Origin: Sphagnum compactum
Lineage: Eukaryota
Reading direction: 5' to 3'
Assembly: GCA_965153455.1 (NCBI GenBank)
Contig: OZ234494.1
Coordinates: 8,370,001 to 8,434,000 of the forward strand
DNA length: 64,000 nucleotides
Under the pieces are notes generated by a model. It had not been told where the DNA came from and did no database searches. It saw only the letters and a program-made list of their open reading frames with translations. Shown here piece after piece: positions 13,761 to 27,205 of the stretch; the stretch's first letter is position 1; every line of letters starts with the position of its first letter. The position numbers and the translations under genes are program-made.

Positions 13761-15131
13761 TGAGTGGGGTTGTTAGGTACATTTGCCTATAATTGGAGGC
13801 TTTGGGTGTAACCATGGTAAAGTATATTTAAAAATAAAATTTGAATGTCCAATTTTAAAATGAGCTATTTTTTTGCATAAACACCTTGGAAAGTTGGTTC
13901 CAAATTTCTTTAAGTTTCATTATAAAACAAATGGGCCTTCCATTGAGTTTATGGTAGATAGATACACATTCTGAAATTTTGTAGTATAATTAGTAACAAA
14001 CACATATGAAACTAGTTGATGAATGTGGTGTTCAATTATACTTTTACTCTAAAATTGATATATATATTATGTTTATAATATGAAAATTTTGAAAATACAT
14101 ATGTCAATTTAAAGCTTCATCAACTTGAAAGTTTTTAAAATCCCATATTTCTTGTTGAAATTCATTTTGTAGTCTGGAATACCAACTATTTGCATTTACT
14201 TGGATTTTTAAAATTCTATTTAGATGTATTGTAACAAAAAAAAGACAATTTGACAATACACAAATTGCTCAGCTTCACATTACAAAAAAGGAAATCTTGG
14301 GTTAGAAATTTTATTTTAGATGAACTTGTTTTAAACATTATTAGCAAACTAGTGCGAACCTACATTCCTATAGGCACATGTTGGATCAAATCACTTTGGA
14401 TTTATTATCGTTATCTATTTATGTCTTCTTCATGGCATGTTAGTCTTTGGTTCCATAATCCCAAACCCTCTAATCACATTCTCCCACCATCGACATCAAG
14501 TCCAAATCCCATATTCTATAGCAAAATTCTTCCAATTTCCAACATCCTAGAAGTTTTGACAAGTGAAAAAAAGTCCTTTCAAGTTCCCAACAACTTGTAT
14601 TCTACTAGTTTTGTAATAATTAGTCCAACAACCCACCCATGATGCCCAAAAGGAAATTGAAATCCACTCAAAACACCTATGTAGATAAATATTCACCTCC
14701 CCCAATAGTTATCCCACTATGACAAAGAAAAATGCCTTAAATTCTTCAAGTACTAAACCCAAGGACAAGTATGCCATCACATACCAATTCTTTCAAAACC
14801 TTTAATGATCATTGCTTCCACATGAATCTTTACTCCTAAGCATTCTAACCTTCTATTTATGCATAAAGTCTTGATTTTCCATGCACTTGGAGAATTCAAA
14901 ATCAATACAATGAAATGTTAATGAACATTCATTTCATCCACATTTACACACAACGCACACCAATCAACATCCAAAGAAAAGCAAGGTCATTTAACTTCAA
15001 CATTTTTTTCTCCAAAAAAAATCAATGTGCTTCCTTCATCCAAAGTCCTCCAATATATCCTTTTGCATTCCGCCATTAGCATTACACATACACCACTCTT
15101 CATCAAAGCCAAAGAAGCCACAAGGTTTTCA

Positions 15132-15438
15132 AATCTAACCAAACAATTATATTTGTGGAATGTGTTTTTGAAAATATTTTCAAAAACAAAAGCCTTTTTG
15201 GCCTTTGTACATGAAAAACCATGGTGTAAAAAGCCAATATTTAGGCTAGCAATGGTGTGTGATAGTTGTCATTAATGATATTTTCGCAAAAAAATTCAAA
15301 AACACATTCCACAAATATAATTGTTTGGTTAGATTCAATTTTTTTGAAAATATTCATTAATCACAATAATCACACACCATTGCTAGCGTAAATATTGGCT
15401 TTTTACACCATGGTTCTTCATGTACAAAGGCCAAAAAG
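15132..15438. repeat. Interleaved double inverted repeat (A-B-A'-B')
   Basis: A 15132-15172 is the exact reverse complement of 15295-15335; B 15194-15285 is a near-exact reverse complement of 15346-15438. Confidence 0.9.
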
Positions 15439-18400
15439 TTCAAATAGTTAACATCAAAGAGGACAAAGACACTACCATAATAACTTTACCATTTCAGCAA
15501 CAAATTGCTGAAAATTTATTTAAATTTGAAATCTTAACTTTGGCACCTAGTTTTTTAATTCTAAAAATTTCAATAGGTAATGATTATAGAATATAATAAT
15601 TAGGGTTTTGTCAATGTTATGGAGTAGTCTAGTGTGTCTAAACTAGTTCAATTTTAAGTGATTGTTATTAAAGGTCTGTGGTCCAAATCCTGACAATTGA
15701 ACTTTTTAATTTATTATAATTTCGGCACAAATAATGAATAAATTTTCAAAAGTTCGATAGAACAAAAAATAATTTAATTTATGTTGAAATGGTAAAGGTA
15801 TTATGGTAACCTTAAACTATTCGTTAACAAAACTTATTTTGTTGTCATGTTATTCCATTAACCATACGATTCTTTAATATCATTGTCATAAAGTCAAAAA
15901 AGCATTTCATATTGATCATTGAAACAAATGATACATCAACTAAGTTTCATATATCAATTTATTATTTTATGGCTATTTTCCCCATATTTTACTTGGGATT
16001 TATAATAGTCTACTTGACATGGTCTATTCTAGTAACAAATGTTATTCACAAAAAAACATTTTTCCTTCTAAAAGATAACAACACATCAAGCAAAATGTGT
16101 TTTCATCATAATTTTCAACTTGTGAAAAAAAAATTAGTGTAACACAAGCCTTGTGCAACTTCTAGTGCCCCAAGTCATTTTTCTTTGTCCATGTTATGGT
16201 ATTTTGCAATGTTACATGGGCTCCTTTAATAATGACTTCATTCATTGTTCTTTCATATTTTCTCTTCTACAATCACATATGGACACACATTATTCATCAC
16301 ATGACCGAAACAAGTATTTTAGAAGGGTGACCCTAGCTCTAAAATTTCATAATTCATGATAGTTAATAGAACATCAAATGAAGGTACCTAAAATACTACT
16401 TGCCACCTTTAAAGAGGGACAAATATGGATGGGTGGCACCACAAGGAGTGTACACTGTCATTTTTACTAAACTCATCAAACTTTAAGATAATAAAATATA
16501 CATTCAAGGAATGTTTTAATGGATTTTTTTGGTACATTGCTGCCCAAGTCTTATAAGTTTTGAAACTTCAATGTAATCAACAATATTTTGAATTCTGATG
16601 TTTTCAATCATTGTGTTCATTTAATGTTTTTAGGAATATCAAAACAAAATTTCATTTTGTTAGGAACACAAAAGGGACATATTTTCTTGTTTTCTTTGGG
16701 GGATACAATTTCTTATTTTGTAAGTTGATGTTAGATTTGCCACCCAAGCATCAAAATAGTTTATTTTTGTCCTTTGGGTTGATTTGGCACATGATGTTTT
16801 TTTTGAAAAAAAACTTGAATAATAGAATTATACGACACCCCTAATGCAAAGTTTATTGTTCAACAATGGTGAACATTTTACACACCCACCAAGTTATAAA
16901 TTGCTTTCCAACATGTTTCTTGACCATATAAATATTGTAATTGTTAGCCAAATCTTTGAAGAAAGACAAGGTCTACACTAATTCAACAATTAATTTTAGC
17001 AAAGAATAATTTTCAAGTTCATAGATTTATCATTCATTAAGTGATTTTAATCTTTTTTAGGGGAAGGTGGCCTTCAAGCATGTTCTCTTGATTGAAACTC
17101 ATTGCTATAGAAGAAAAACAAATTTACTTGCAAAGAATGGCATTGTAGTTGTTTGAGGAAATTCCAAATAAGAAGGCAAATGTTCTTGCAAAAGCCAAAA
17201 CCCCTATTGGAAGGCCTTGCAAAATTCCTCAAATGACTAATGAAATTCTAGCATGATAATGAAAGGATGGGCGAAGTGTGGTTTAATGAAAGCATTTGAA
17301 AAGAATTATTGAACATTTGCTATGGAAAAAAACACCAAATGTTCACTTTTTGTTAGTACATTTAATGGAATGGGCAAATAAACTAATGAGAATGGTCATG
17401 AAGATTGGGAAGATTTGTTTGAAGATGTTCAACTTGTGGATTTATGAACAAATGTTTTAGTAGAAAAGCTTGAAATGTTTTAAATGAATTATTCTACATT
17501 TATTAGTAGTTTGTAAAACCAAAATTGCCTTACATATTAAGGTTACATAGTGTATTTTCAACAGTCTAAACATTATATTTGAGTATATGTTATGTTTGTT
17601 ATTTTTTTTAAATGTGAGAAATCCAATTTTTTTGAATTATTAAGAATAATGTTAGAATAATTTGTTGGTAATTTCATATCAAGAAAATTTTCTTCAAATA
17701 TTTCTCAAATGATTTTCAAACTAATTGTGACACTTTCCTAATCATAAAGTTAAAAAATGACATGTGGACTCAAAAATTATGCAATAGTAAGTCAACTAAA
17801 AAAATAGATAATATTAAATGACGTGTTTAAAAATAAGATGCATTGAAAATTTCCCTATATATATATTTATTTTTGAAGTCTAATATTGTATTATTAGGTC
17901 TTATTAATTCATAATATCATTAAAAAATACATGTTTATATATGGAATTTTTTACCAAATATATGTTTAACTATGTACACATTTGGGGTTACCCATATTTT
18001 TTAATAGAAGCATAAGGAAATGTACATTGGATCCATAAGTTGTTAATGATCAAAATGTAAGAATTTTAGTTTATGTAAAAAATGGACTTTCAAAAGGCCA
18101 AAAATGAGCCACCTAACCATGTTTTCACCCTTTTCTACTAATGAACATTTGGGTGATACATTGTTGTATACAATAAGAAAAAAAATTACATTGTAAAGTT
18201 ACAAAAATACTTTAATAAGGAGTCATGAATGGGGTCAAGAATGTCAAAAAAATAAATGACCTATCAAATTTTTTAAAATGCCAATACATATTGTACTTAC
18301 GATTGATAATCGACAGTTCTTTGCCAAAAACAATTCATATTATATACAAGGTTCAACAATCTCAAATTTAATTTTCCAAAATTTTGACGACTAAAAAATA

Positions 18401-21400
18401 AGTATGTAAAATACACCGTGTGATGTGTATTTGTAATAGTAACCCAATGATTGAGACAATAAACAAATTTTCGTAAGTTGGGAGTTTAATTTTCAAATTT
18501 CTTGATAAATACATACACACACAAACACATATATTGGCTAGACCTTTTGAAAATTATTTTGTGTTGAACATCAATCATAGGTATAGTAACACTTTTTTAT
18601 AGGTGTTTTAAAAATAAATATCTTTTTTATGAAATTAAATTTGGTTCAACTTTCATTTGATTTTGGCAAGTTGTTTCTTAGTGGTACAACCCATTCATAT
18701 GGTCCCTTACTAAGCAAATACCTTATCAACTAATCAAAACAAAATGAAAAAAGGTTTCAAAATCTTAGCAAGATTTGCCCAAAAAATATTGGGAGATTCA
18801 AATAAACTTTAATGGTTACATGTTGTGGCAACCAATAATCGTCTACAAAATTTATAATCATTACAAATGTGTCAAAATCAATATTCAACATCCATGACTC
18901 AAATGTGATGCTTGTTATGGCACAAGTGGATTGTGTTGCCAAGACATATTTTTTAATGGTTGTTAATAACATAGATGGAATGTGATATTTTACCAATGAT
19001 TTTCAAGATGGAAAATTGATCTTTATGGATCGCACTTAACCCTAGGTGTTGAAACCAATGACTCACATAGAAATTAAAACGCTTCCCTTTGCTATAAAAC
19101 ATGTGAATGTATTAAAAAGTTGTGGATCAATCTTTTTTAGAGCATGTGTGATACAAAAATCTTTGTGATGGTTTTGAATTTACCAATTTTCATTTGTTGT
19201 CTTTTTGTCTCCATGAATCCCAATAACTTTTACTTCAACTTTTGATTTTGCCAATATGTGTCATTCAAATCTATTGTGTTAACATGCTCAAAATGATTTT
19301 TCATTGAGGTTATTTTGGTTGATGTAAACTAAGGTGGCTCACTATTTGTACCATAATGGTAGTTTTAATGATATGAATGCGAACATGATGGTTAATTTGT
19401 ATTTTATATGTTAGAACTTCTTAATAAGGATTTGCTTTGAGATTATTAACTTGAGTATCCATATGATGTAAGTATTTGCTATGCATACTGTACAAAATTA
19501 AAAGACCTATGGACTTATAAAGAGAACTAAATGAATTATGCACCTTGACAATAATGTTTTTATATGGGCTACAAAACAATTTGATGAGAGATATTGTGAT
19601 TGTTAAGAACTCCATTTTAATTATATAATGTATCAATTGTATGTTTTCTTAATTTGGAGTTTTTGGTTTTTTTTTGGTAAATGTTAAAAACTTAGGTTTT
19701 TTCAAAAGTCCATATCATTATGAAAAAACATTATATTGGATTTGTGCACATATGTATAAAAAAATTATCTCTAAGGTGGCATAAACATACATGGAAAGTA
19801 TTTTTTTGGGATCGATGGATTGTTTTTATTTAACTATTTTGTCCTTTCAGGGATAAAAACAATTGAAAGGAGATGGACTTTGGGTGATGTTTTCAAGTGC
19901 CACTTTGCAAGCTGTTATAACTTGCACTCACCCATTTCATGATGTAATTGATGTATATTACACCATGTCATTTTTGCAACATGTCATACGAATGTTTTAG
20001 GAATTGGAACTTGATGCCATTGGATGGAAAAAACATACATTATCTCATTTGTAACATTTTAACATCAATGATATGAGTTCCATGTTCCACATTCACTTTT
20101 CAAAAATAAAACCCATACTTGGTTGCATTGAGGTGTGTGGCACCTATTGATGTTGATTGATGAGGAATGCAACAAATTGCAATCTACATATTGCTTTAAC
20201 CTTTGTAGCAAGGTTGTTGGCTATTAACTCTATTAGTGTTTTTTTACAACTTTTTACATGGGAATTTTCATTAATTCATTAGTTAATTTGAATTTATAAA
20301 GAACAACAAGAAAAAAATCTTCACTCAAAACAATTTAACATGTATTTAGTTAATTTTAAACTTTTCTAATTCGGTGGGTAGGATCACATTTCCTATTCAA
20401 TTTGAAGGAAAACATTAGAAAAATCTATGTGTTGGATCATTTAATGAGGCAAAAGCATTATTCATATCTATTGTTGCATCATATGGTGGCCCTTGAACTA
20501 AATTTTCTTTCCAAATTTTCAATTTCCAAATAATCATTTGTTAATTTTGAACTTTTCGAAAGTTTAAAATGAACTAAATTTACATGATATTACGTCGATT
20601 TTTCTATATCACTAAGGGCAAGCCCTTAAAGTTTAATCCCAATTTGCAAAACAAGCTATAAATTTGAAAAAAAATGATGACATTGTATAACATTATCAAT
20701 TGTAATTGTGTAACCTTAACCAAAGTCAAAACATGAATGCTTGCAACCAAGACCAAGGCATGAGGATGGATATGGGCTAGGGAATTATTTTAGAATTGAA
20801 ACACACTCTCACATAGTGTGAAAGAGTGAATCCCAACATTTTCAAGTGGTTTTCTCATTTTGAACGTTGGAATTTTGTAGAGTCCCAAATTTTTGGGGAA
20901 AAAAATGCAAATAATAAACACAATCCAAATTGAACCCCAAATATACTATTGAAAAGGTTTTCAACCTTAAATATTGAAAATGAACTTGAACTCCCCATTT
21001 AAACTTGGGAGTTAAGTGTTATGCCAAAAGAAGGTGAAAAGTCAAATTGATAACTTGACTATCAACCACTAAAACCTAAGAAACATGGATCAAATATATG
21101 ACATTCAAATTAAACACATAATATATCATAGGAAATTTCTTGTCATGAGCTATACCTTTGCATTTTCAATTTCCTCACTTGGAAATTGTATATGTGAAAG
21201 TTATGAGCCCGCAAAGTTGAAGGACTCATAACTTGGCCAGAATCATGAATTTTCAAAACTCCTTTTTGGAAGTCCCATATTTTTTGCCATTTCGATGGAA
21301 CTCATGCAACTAATCACAAAATATATCACAATAGATGAGGTGGTGGTTTCTTTCCAAGTTCATGCCATGGTGTTTTTTGTGAATTTGATTCACCCATGGC

Positions 21401-21893
21401 TCATTTTACCCATTCCATTACTCCAAACACGACATGTTAGAATAATTAGGGCATGCTTTAAACTTTTAAAAAACTCCAATAACCCCTATAATTATATTAC
21501 AATTACTCATGTAAATTAAACCATCTTAGCATGTAGATCCATGATTATCATTCACATAATGCATACTTTGATTACCTTTGACTACAACCATTATAATTAT
21601 ACTATTTCAATTCATAGAACTTACACATTGTACATTTATGCCTTTATTTCCGATCACACACACGAACATACACACATAAATACACATTATGTGCAAGCTA
21701 ACACACACATCAATACATTCCATAGAAATTATTTTACAATAATAAAAAATACAAAAAATTAAACCCCCCCCCTCTGCCCCCTTTTCTCCTCTATTTCCAA
21801 AATCTTGAAACAATTATATAGTTGCCTCTAACTATTTTACTATGCTCATAATATTGTTTAAGTAATTTAATCATTTGGAAGAAGTACAACATA

Positions 21894-22149
21894 TCATATA
21901 TATTAATTCAGACAGTTTGTCTGTCTGTGACAGGGGTTTTGGGGGGTGGGGGAGGGAGAGGTTGGTGAAGCAGCGGGTGACAAGGCTTGGTAACGGGGCG
22001 GGGGGGGGGGGGTCAACGGGTTAAAGAATCGGAGTGGAAAATGCGAAGGATGGGGGGGGGGTCGACGGGGTAAAAAACCAGAGTGGGCAATGGGAAGGAC
22101 CGGGCGGGGGGGAGCTCGACGGGTGCATTATGCACCGGGTTCACACTAG
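21894..22149 (+). mobile_element. Structurally intact 256 bp non-autonomous mini-Helitron, G-rich
   Basis: A|TC 5' end, CTAG|T 3' end, hairpin GGTGCA-TTA-TGCACC at 22122-22136 lying 9 nt before CTAG, GTCT repeats near the 5' end, no TSD. Confidence 0.8.
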
Positions 22150-22378
22150 TTGGTATTATTCAACTAACTATAGAGTTCAATTGGTTGTAGGGAATTGTAA
22201 TTTTGACTATGTATGTTTCAACTAATTTAACTTTTTAATCATTGATCTTTTTCCTAATGTTGCCTAACACCACCATTTAAGCAAATTGCTAACACAATAT
22301 TCCATATAATAATGGGCATGTAATAATTAGTATTGGAATCCTTTGATGTTTTATTGGATTGTAAATTGAGGGATAATA

Positions 22379-22868
22379 TTTATCTATGAAGCGAGGTACT
22401 TTGTTTGATTGTTTGTCACATTGAAATCCCCTTAAACATGACACTTCATGCCATGATCTTGGTATCTTCAAAAAGCTCTAAATCAATAGGGGTGCACTAA
22501 CTTGGTTTGAGATTGTTTGGAATTATGGTGTGGAAGCTATTGATTATTGCACCATTTTTTCAATGAAAATTAAATAAAATCAAAACTGGAAATTGTATTG
22601 GAGTTTTGGGGTGTTATTGGAAAGCCCTCAACAAGTCAGATTTAATAAAGTTTATTTCTCAATTTTCGGAGTTAAGGTGTGGAAGATATTGATTTTTGAA
22701 TGAATTTTGTTACTGTAAATTCAAAAAAATTGCAAAAATGGGTTTGGAAGGAAACACCAGTTGAGCCTTCAATGTGTTCACAATGCTGAATTTCAAAATT
22801 TTCAATTCCAAAAATGTGAAAAATAAAGAATGCATTCACACTTGGATCAACAACATAGGCTACACTAC
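22379..22868 (+). mobile_element. Non-autonomous Helitron-like repeat, copy 2
   Basis: A|TTTATCTATG start, ...GGCTACACTAC|T end; reverse-complement homology to 899-1400. Confidence 0.7.
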
Positions 22869-23418
22869 TTATGAACCATTCATTTTGAAAATCAAGGCCA
22901 TGGAGATCTATTATGGGCCATGATATAAATATTGTCAATAATCAATATATTAGTGCATGAGAGTTTATTTGTAACATGGATATGCATTATTTTAGTTTTA
23001 TTTGAAGCTTTAAAACATGTGTCACATATTTATTGTAAATTGTAAATGGAAATTGCCATTATAAAAGGGATTAAGTTTGACAAAGCTTGAGGTTTTCAAA
23101 AATGACCACTATGAGGGACAACCTACTAGGTGATAGCAAAGTCCATTGACATCAATAATTGAAAAGGAAGATGTTTACTATAGTCACAAGCAAAATTGAT
23201 AATGTACTAAGTAGCTAGGTGTGAACTAGTCATGTAGCATATAGGTATAGGTTGCCTATTTATTTTGAGGATAGGGTCATATAATAATAGTCCATTAGAG
23301 GTCTACTTTAAGGAGACACCAAAAACATTTGGTTGAAAAATGTTTACAAAGGAACACATAAAGAAAAGTTTCATTTATATGAAAAATTTGCAAGCACATA
23401 TATAGTCGCGCCATCTAA

Positions 23419-24333
23419 GGGTCATTTTAGACAAGGGTCCAAGGAGCAGGGTCCAATGCAATCAAACACTCATCAAAAGCATTAAATTAGTCCCAAGGAC
23501 TTTTGACAACAATCCATGACCAAAACAAATCAAATTGTGATTTAGCTTACATGACATCATTTTGGAGGGAAAACCAATTGGTCCAGACCAAAAAAAAGAG
23601 TTTAAAAGAGAGCTCATGGTTTGGAAAACCAAAGTGTAAGCTACGGTTCAAGGTTGTTCATTTTTTTGTTTTTTGTTTTTTTTTGTTGTTTTTTCTTTAC
23701 CTTGTTGCTCAAATTTTATGAAAATGGAAGAAATGTTATGGATTGAAGACATTGTTGAAAACCCATTAACTCCTCCATTTGGACCAATTCTAAAGTTGAC
23801 ATGGTTCGTTTTGTGTATCCTCACAAGGTGGTTGCTAGGAGTGCAGTTTCAACCTTTTGAAGTGCATGAGATGGAGTTGAATTGGAAGATGAGGTGAAAA
23901 GTGAAAGGTTGAAATGTGAATTTTCACAAGTGGAAAAAGATTCGGATTTACAAGAGATCCCTAAACCGATTCTCATTCTAAACAAAAAAAACACCAAGGA
24001 AGAAGACAATTGTAATGAAAGACAAAAATGAAAAAGAAAAACCAAAAAAAAGAAAAAAAAAGTCCTTTGTGTATAATAAGAATTTTTTTTTAAAAAAATT
24101 AAAAAAAAGAAAAGACCAAAAGTTAACCTAAGCCTCTTCCATGTCAAATCACACAATGTTTTATCTTAGACCCTTGAATTGGAACCCTTGAAACTCAAGC
24201 CTTTAGACATACTCATTGTACCATAAGAAAAAATATTTTTCTCTAATGCGAAAAAGGGTCCAATTCAAGGTTCAATTTGGTTTAAATTGGTCATTGGGCT
24301 TTTAGTCCCTGGACCCCTTGTCTAAAATGGCCC
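23419..24333. mobile_element. PIF/Harbinger-type MITE (915 bp)
   Basis: TIRs GGGTCATTTTAGACAAGGGTCCA / TGGACCCCTTGTCTAAAATGGCCC; TAA TSD at 23416-23418 and 24334-24336. Confidence 0.85.
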
Positions 24334-25033
24334 TAAGACACCTTTGTTGGTGAGAGAGAAAACAAGGGTGAAAACAATCAATCCTTCACAACACTGGTTC
24401 AAAAACCCTACCAATGGTATTCGGCTACCTAATGTATTTCTGCTAGGCTTTAGTACTATAAAATCCAAAGGAGAGCTTCAGTGACTCAGTAGAGTACTCC
24501 TGACTACAACCCCATTAAACCGCTGCTGCCCATTGACTTTGATGATCAGTCAGGTAAAGAACTGGTTGTTGTGTCGACACACAAAACTATATTGCATTGA
24601 AGTTTTGGAACCCATTTTGCTGCCAAAGGGCGCCTTTAATAAATGGGCTGCACTTGAATAGGCCACATTTATACCTCTAAATGGTAACTGATAACTCAAT
24701 GGAATGGTCATTTATGTAAGTACATACAATGTTATTGCTTCTGGCTCTTGACAGTCGAGCTCACCAACTATTGTCCCTAACTCACAGCTAGAAGATTCTT
24801 GTGAGTTCCACCCATTTATGCGCCAAATCCCACATTTCAAAAATGAAGAACACGCATTGTGGGTAGTGCTTCCTCCGGACAGCAATATTTATAGTGCCTT
24901 CTGTCGCAGGCAAATTTGTAAAGCAGGTTGGCTCCTTCCAGATGGTAGATTGAAAGTGGAAGGATTTGACTCTGAGTTTCCGTGTATTAAAAAAATCCAA
25001 AAAACCAACAATTTGTAAGACTAAGAATTGTCA

Positions 25034-25457
25034 TCTATCTATGATGCAAGATAGTTTGTTTTGTTTTGCCATGCTGAGATCTCTCAAATCATGACACCTT
25101 CATGCTGTGCTCTGTCGGGTGCACCCATTTGCTTTTGAGTCTGTTTAGAGCTATGGCGTGGAAGCTATTGATTATTGAACTATTTTCTCAATGAGAATTA
25201 AATAAAATCGAAACTGAAAACTGTATGGGAATTTGGAAGTGTTCTTGGTGTTGTTGGAAAGCCCTCGACGAGTCAGATTTAATAAAGTTTATTTCTCAAT
25301 TTTCAGAGCTAAGGTATGGAAGATATTGATTTTTTATTGGATTTTGCTGGCAAAAATTCGAGAAATTCAAACAAATTGCAAAAATTGGGTTTGAAACCAA
25401 AAATCAGTCGAGCTCTCAATATATTCACACTCGGGCCAACGACACACACTACACTAA
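25034..25457 (+). mobile_element. Non-autonomous Helitron-like repeat, copy 3
   Basis: A|TCTATCTATG start, ...CTACACTAA|T end; homologous to copies 1, 2 and 4. Confidence 0.72.
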
Positions 25458-25561
25458 TGTATATAAATATTCTATCATAAGTTATATATATATATACATC
25501 AGTTATATGTATATAATTTATGTGTTTGCTAAACATATGTATATATATGTGTGTGTGTGTA

Positions 25562-26105
25562 GTATTCATGACTAAATTTTTATTTTGAAAAAGTGTCGTT
25601 TGGATTAAAGGATTCATTGGATAATTGCCTTTCATTAGAAGAACATAATTCTTTTTCTGCCATGAATTGAAGGATTAGACATTATGATTACTATTATTAT
25701 TATTAAGACCGCCTTTGGAAAGGACAAGAAGGTTTCAAAATTTTAAGAAGACATTATTGTAAGTTAGCAAGATCAGTTAATAAAAAGTGTGTAACTGTGT
25801 GGACTAAACATATATATATATATATGTGTGTGTTTTTGTGTGTGTATGTGTGTGTGTATGTATTCATGACTAAATTTTTATTTTGAAAAAGTGTCGTTTG
25901 GATTAAAGGATTCATTGGATAATTGCCTTTCATTAGAAGAACATAATTCTTTTTCTGCCATGAATTGAAGGATTAGACATTATGATTATTATGATTATTA
26001 TTAAGACCGCCTTTGGAAAGGACAAGAAGGTTTCAAAATTTTTTAAGAAGACATTATTGTGGGTTAGCAAGATCAGTTAATAAAAAGGTACGTAACTGTG
26101 CGGAC
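25562..26105. repeat. Direct tandem duplication, period ~298 bp, bounded by (TA)n(TG)n microsatellites
   Basis: GTATTCATGACTAAATTTTTATTTTGAAAA...GTAACTGTG starts at 25562 and again at 25860, nearly identical. Confidence 0.93.
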
Positions 26106-26296
26106 GTGTTGTAACTTATTATTGCAGAGGTGGTGGTATGCGGACCAGTGCTGGCAGCCGCATAATAATATATTTAAAACGCATGCATTAAACCATTTTC
26201 GTTAACCGATGATGAGATGGTAAATGAATATCACGTAGGTACGTACCCACCCGGAAAGTCCTTTAACTGCATCACACTTATTAATAACACGCCACA

Positions 26297-26706
26297 GGCC
26301 ACAGTGAACCAGCCACCCAACAGCGTACCATGAAGGAGGATGAATGATAAGTGGTCACGAAGAAACAGTTTTCTGTTGGGTTCCACTTCCTTAGCTAACC
26401 ATGGTGGTTAGGTTTAGCTCTGTTGCTTCTTTTTTTAACTACCTACCTACTAACAACCCACAAGCAGGTTGTTAGTAGGTAGGTACTAAAAAAAACACAG
26501 CCCTTACCTAGGTATAATAAACCATCTACTTACTTTATAAATATCTATTTTTTGCTAACCTATCTACCTATATATGAGACCTATTTCTTTCAGAAATGGT
26601 TACCAAGGTGAAACTATATACTAACTCAGTTGAGGTTCATCCACAAACTGAGTAACAACAGGCATCCAGTGGATGGTGTGCTGGTGGGTGCTGGTTCAAT
26701 GTGACC
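26297..26706. mobile_element. Small TIR element with a strong internal hairpin
   Basis: Imperfect TIRs GGCCACAGTGAACCAGCCACCCA / TGGGTGCTGGTTCAATGTGACC; perfect 19 bp stem 26440-26458/26467-26485. A similar right end occurs at ~58462-58496. Confidence 0.55.
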
Positions 26707-26766
26707 CTATTAACATACAAATCCTGAAATGTGTTTTGTTAGATTGAAGATACTATGCCATTGTGG

Positions 26767-27205
26767 CTAGCCTATATGCCCGTTGGCCCAAGTGTGGACT
26801 CCTTACCCAACTCATTTTTCCCTTAGGAAACCATTTTTGTAATCTATTTGAGTTTTCAATGCTAAAAATTATTCAAAATTCAATATATTTTTTTCAAAAT
26901 CACTTTTCTTAAATCCTACTCGCTTAGGGCTTTCTAACAATACCAAATGTGCACTCAAATTCCCCTAAATGTTTTAGTTTTTATTATTATATTTAAACTA
27001 ATTTTCAATGAAAGAAATGTTCAATGTTTAATAACTTCTTCATTATATGTCGAGACATTATGAAATCAAGTCACTGCACCCCTAGTCACCAAGGCCTTTC
27101 CAATGGTACCAAGCATGCAAGAAGGGGTGTCTTGTCTTGGAAGATCTCAGTGAGACAAATACACAGGAAAAATAAAAAATCAACAAATTTCTTTTCATAG
27201 ATAGA
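26767..27205 (-). mobile_element. Non-autonomous Helitron-like repeat, copy 4 (more diverged)
   Basis: Minus strand starts A|TCTATCTATG and ends GGGCCAACGGGCATATAGGCTAG. Confidence 0.62.
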
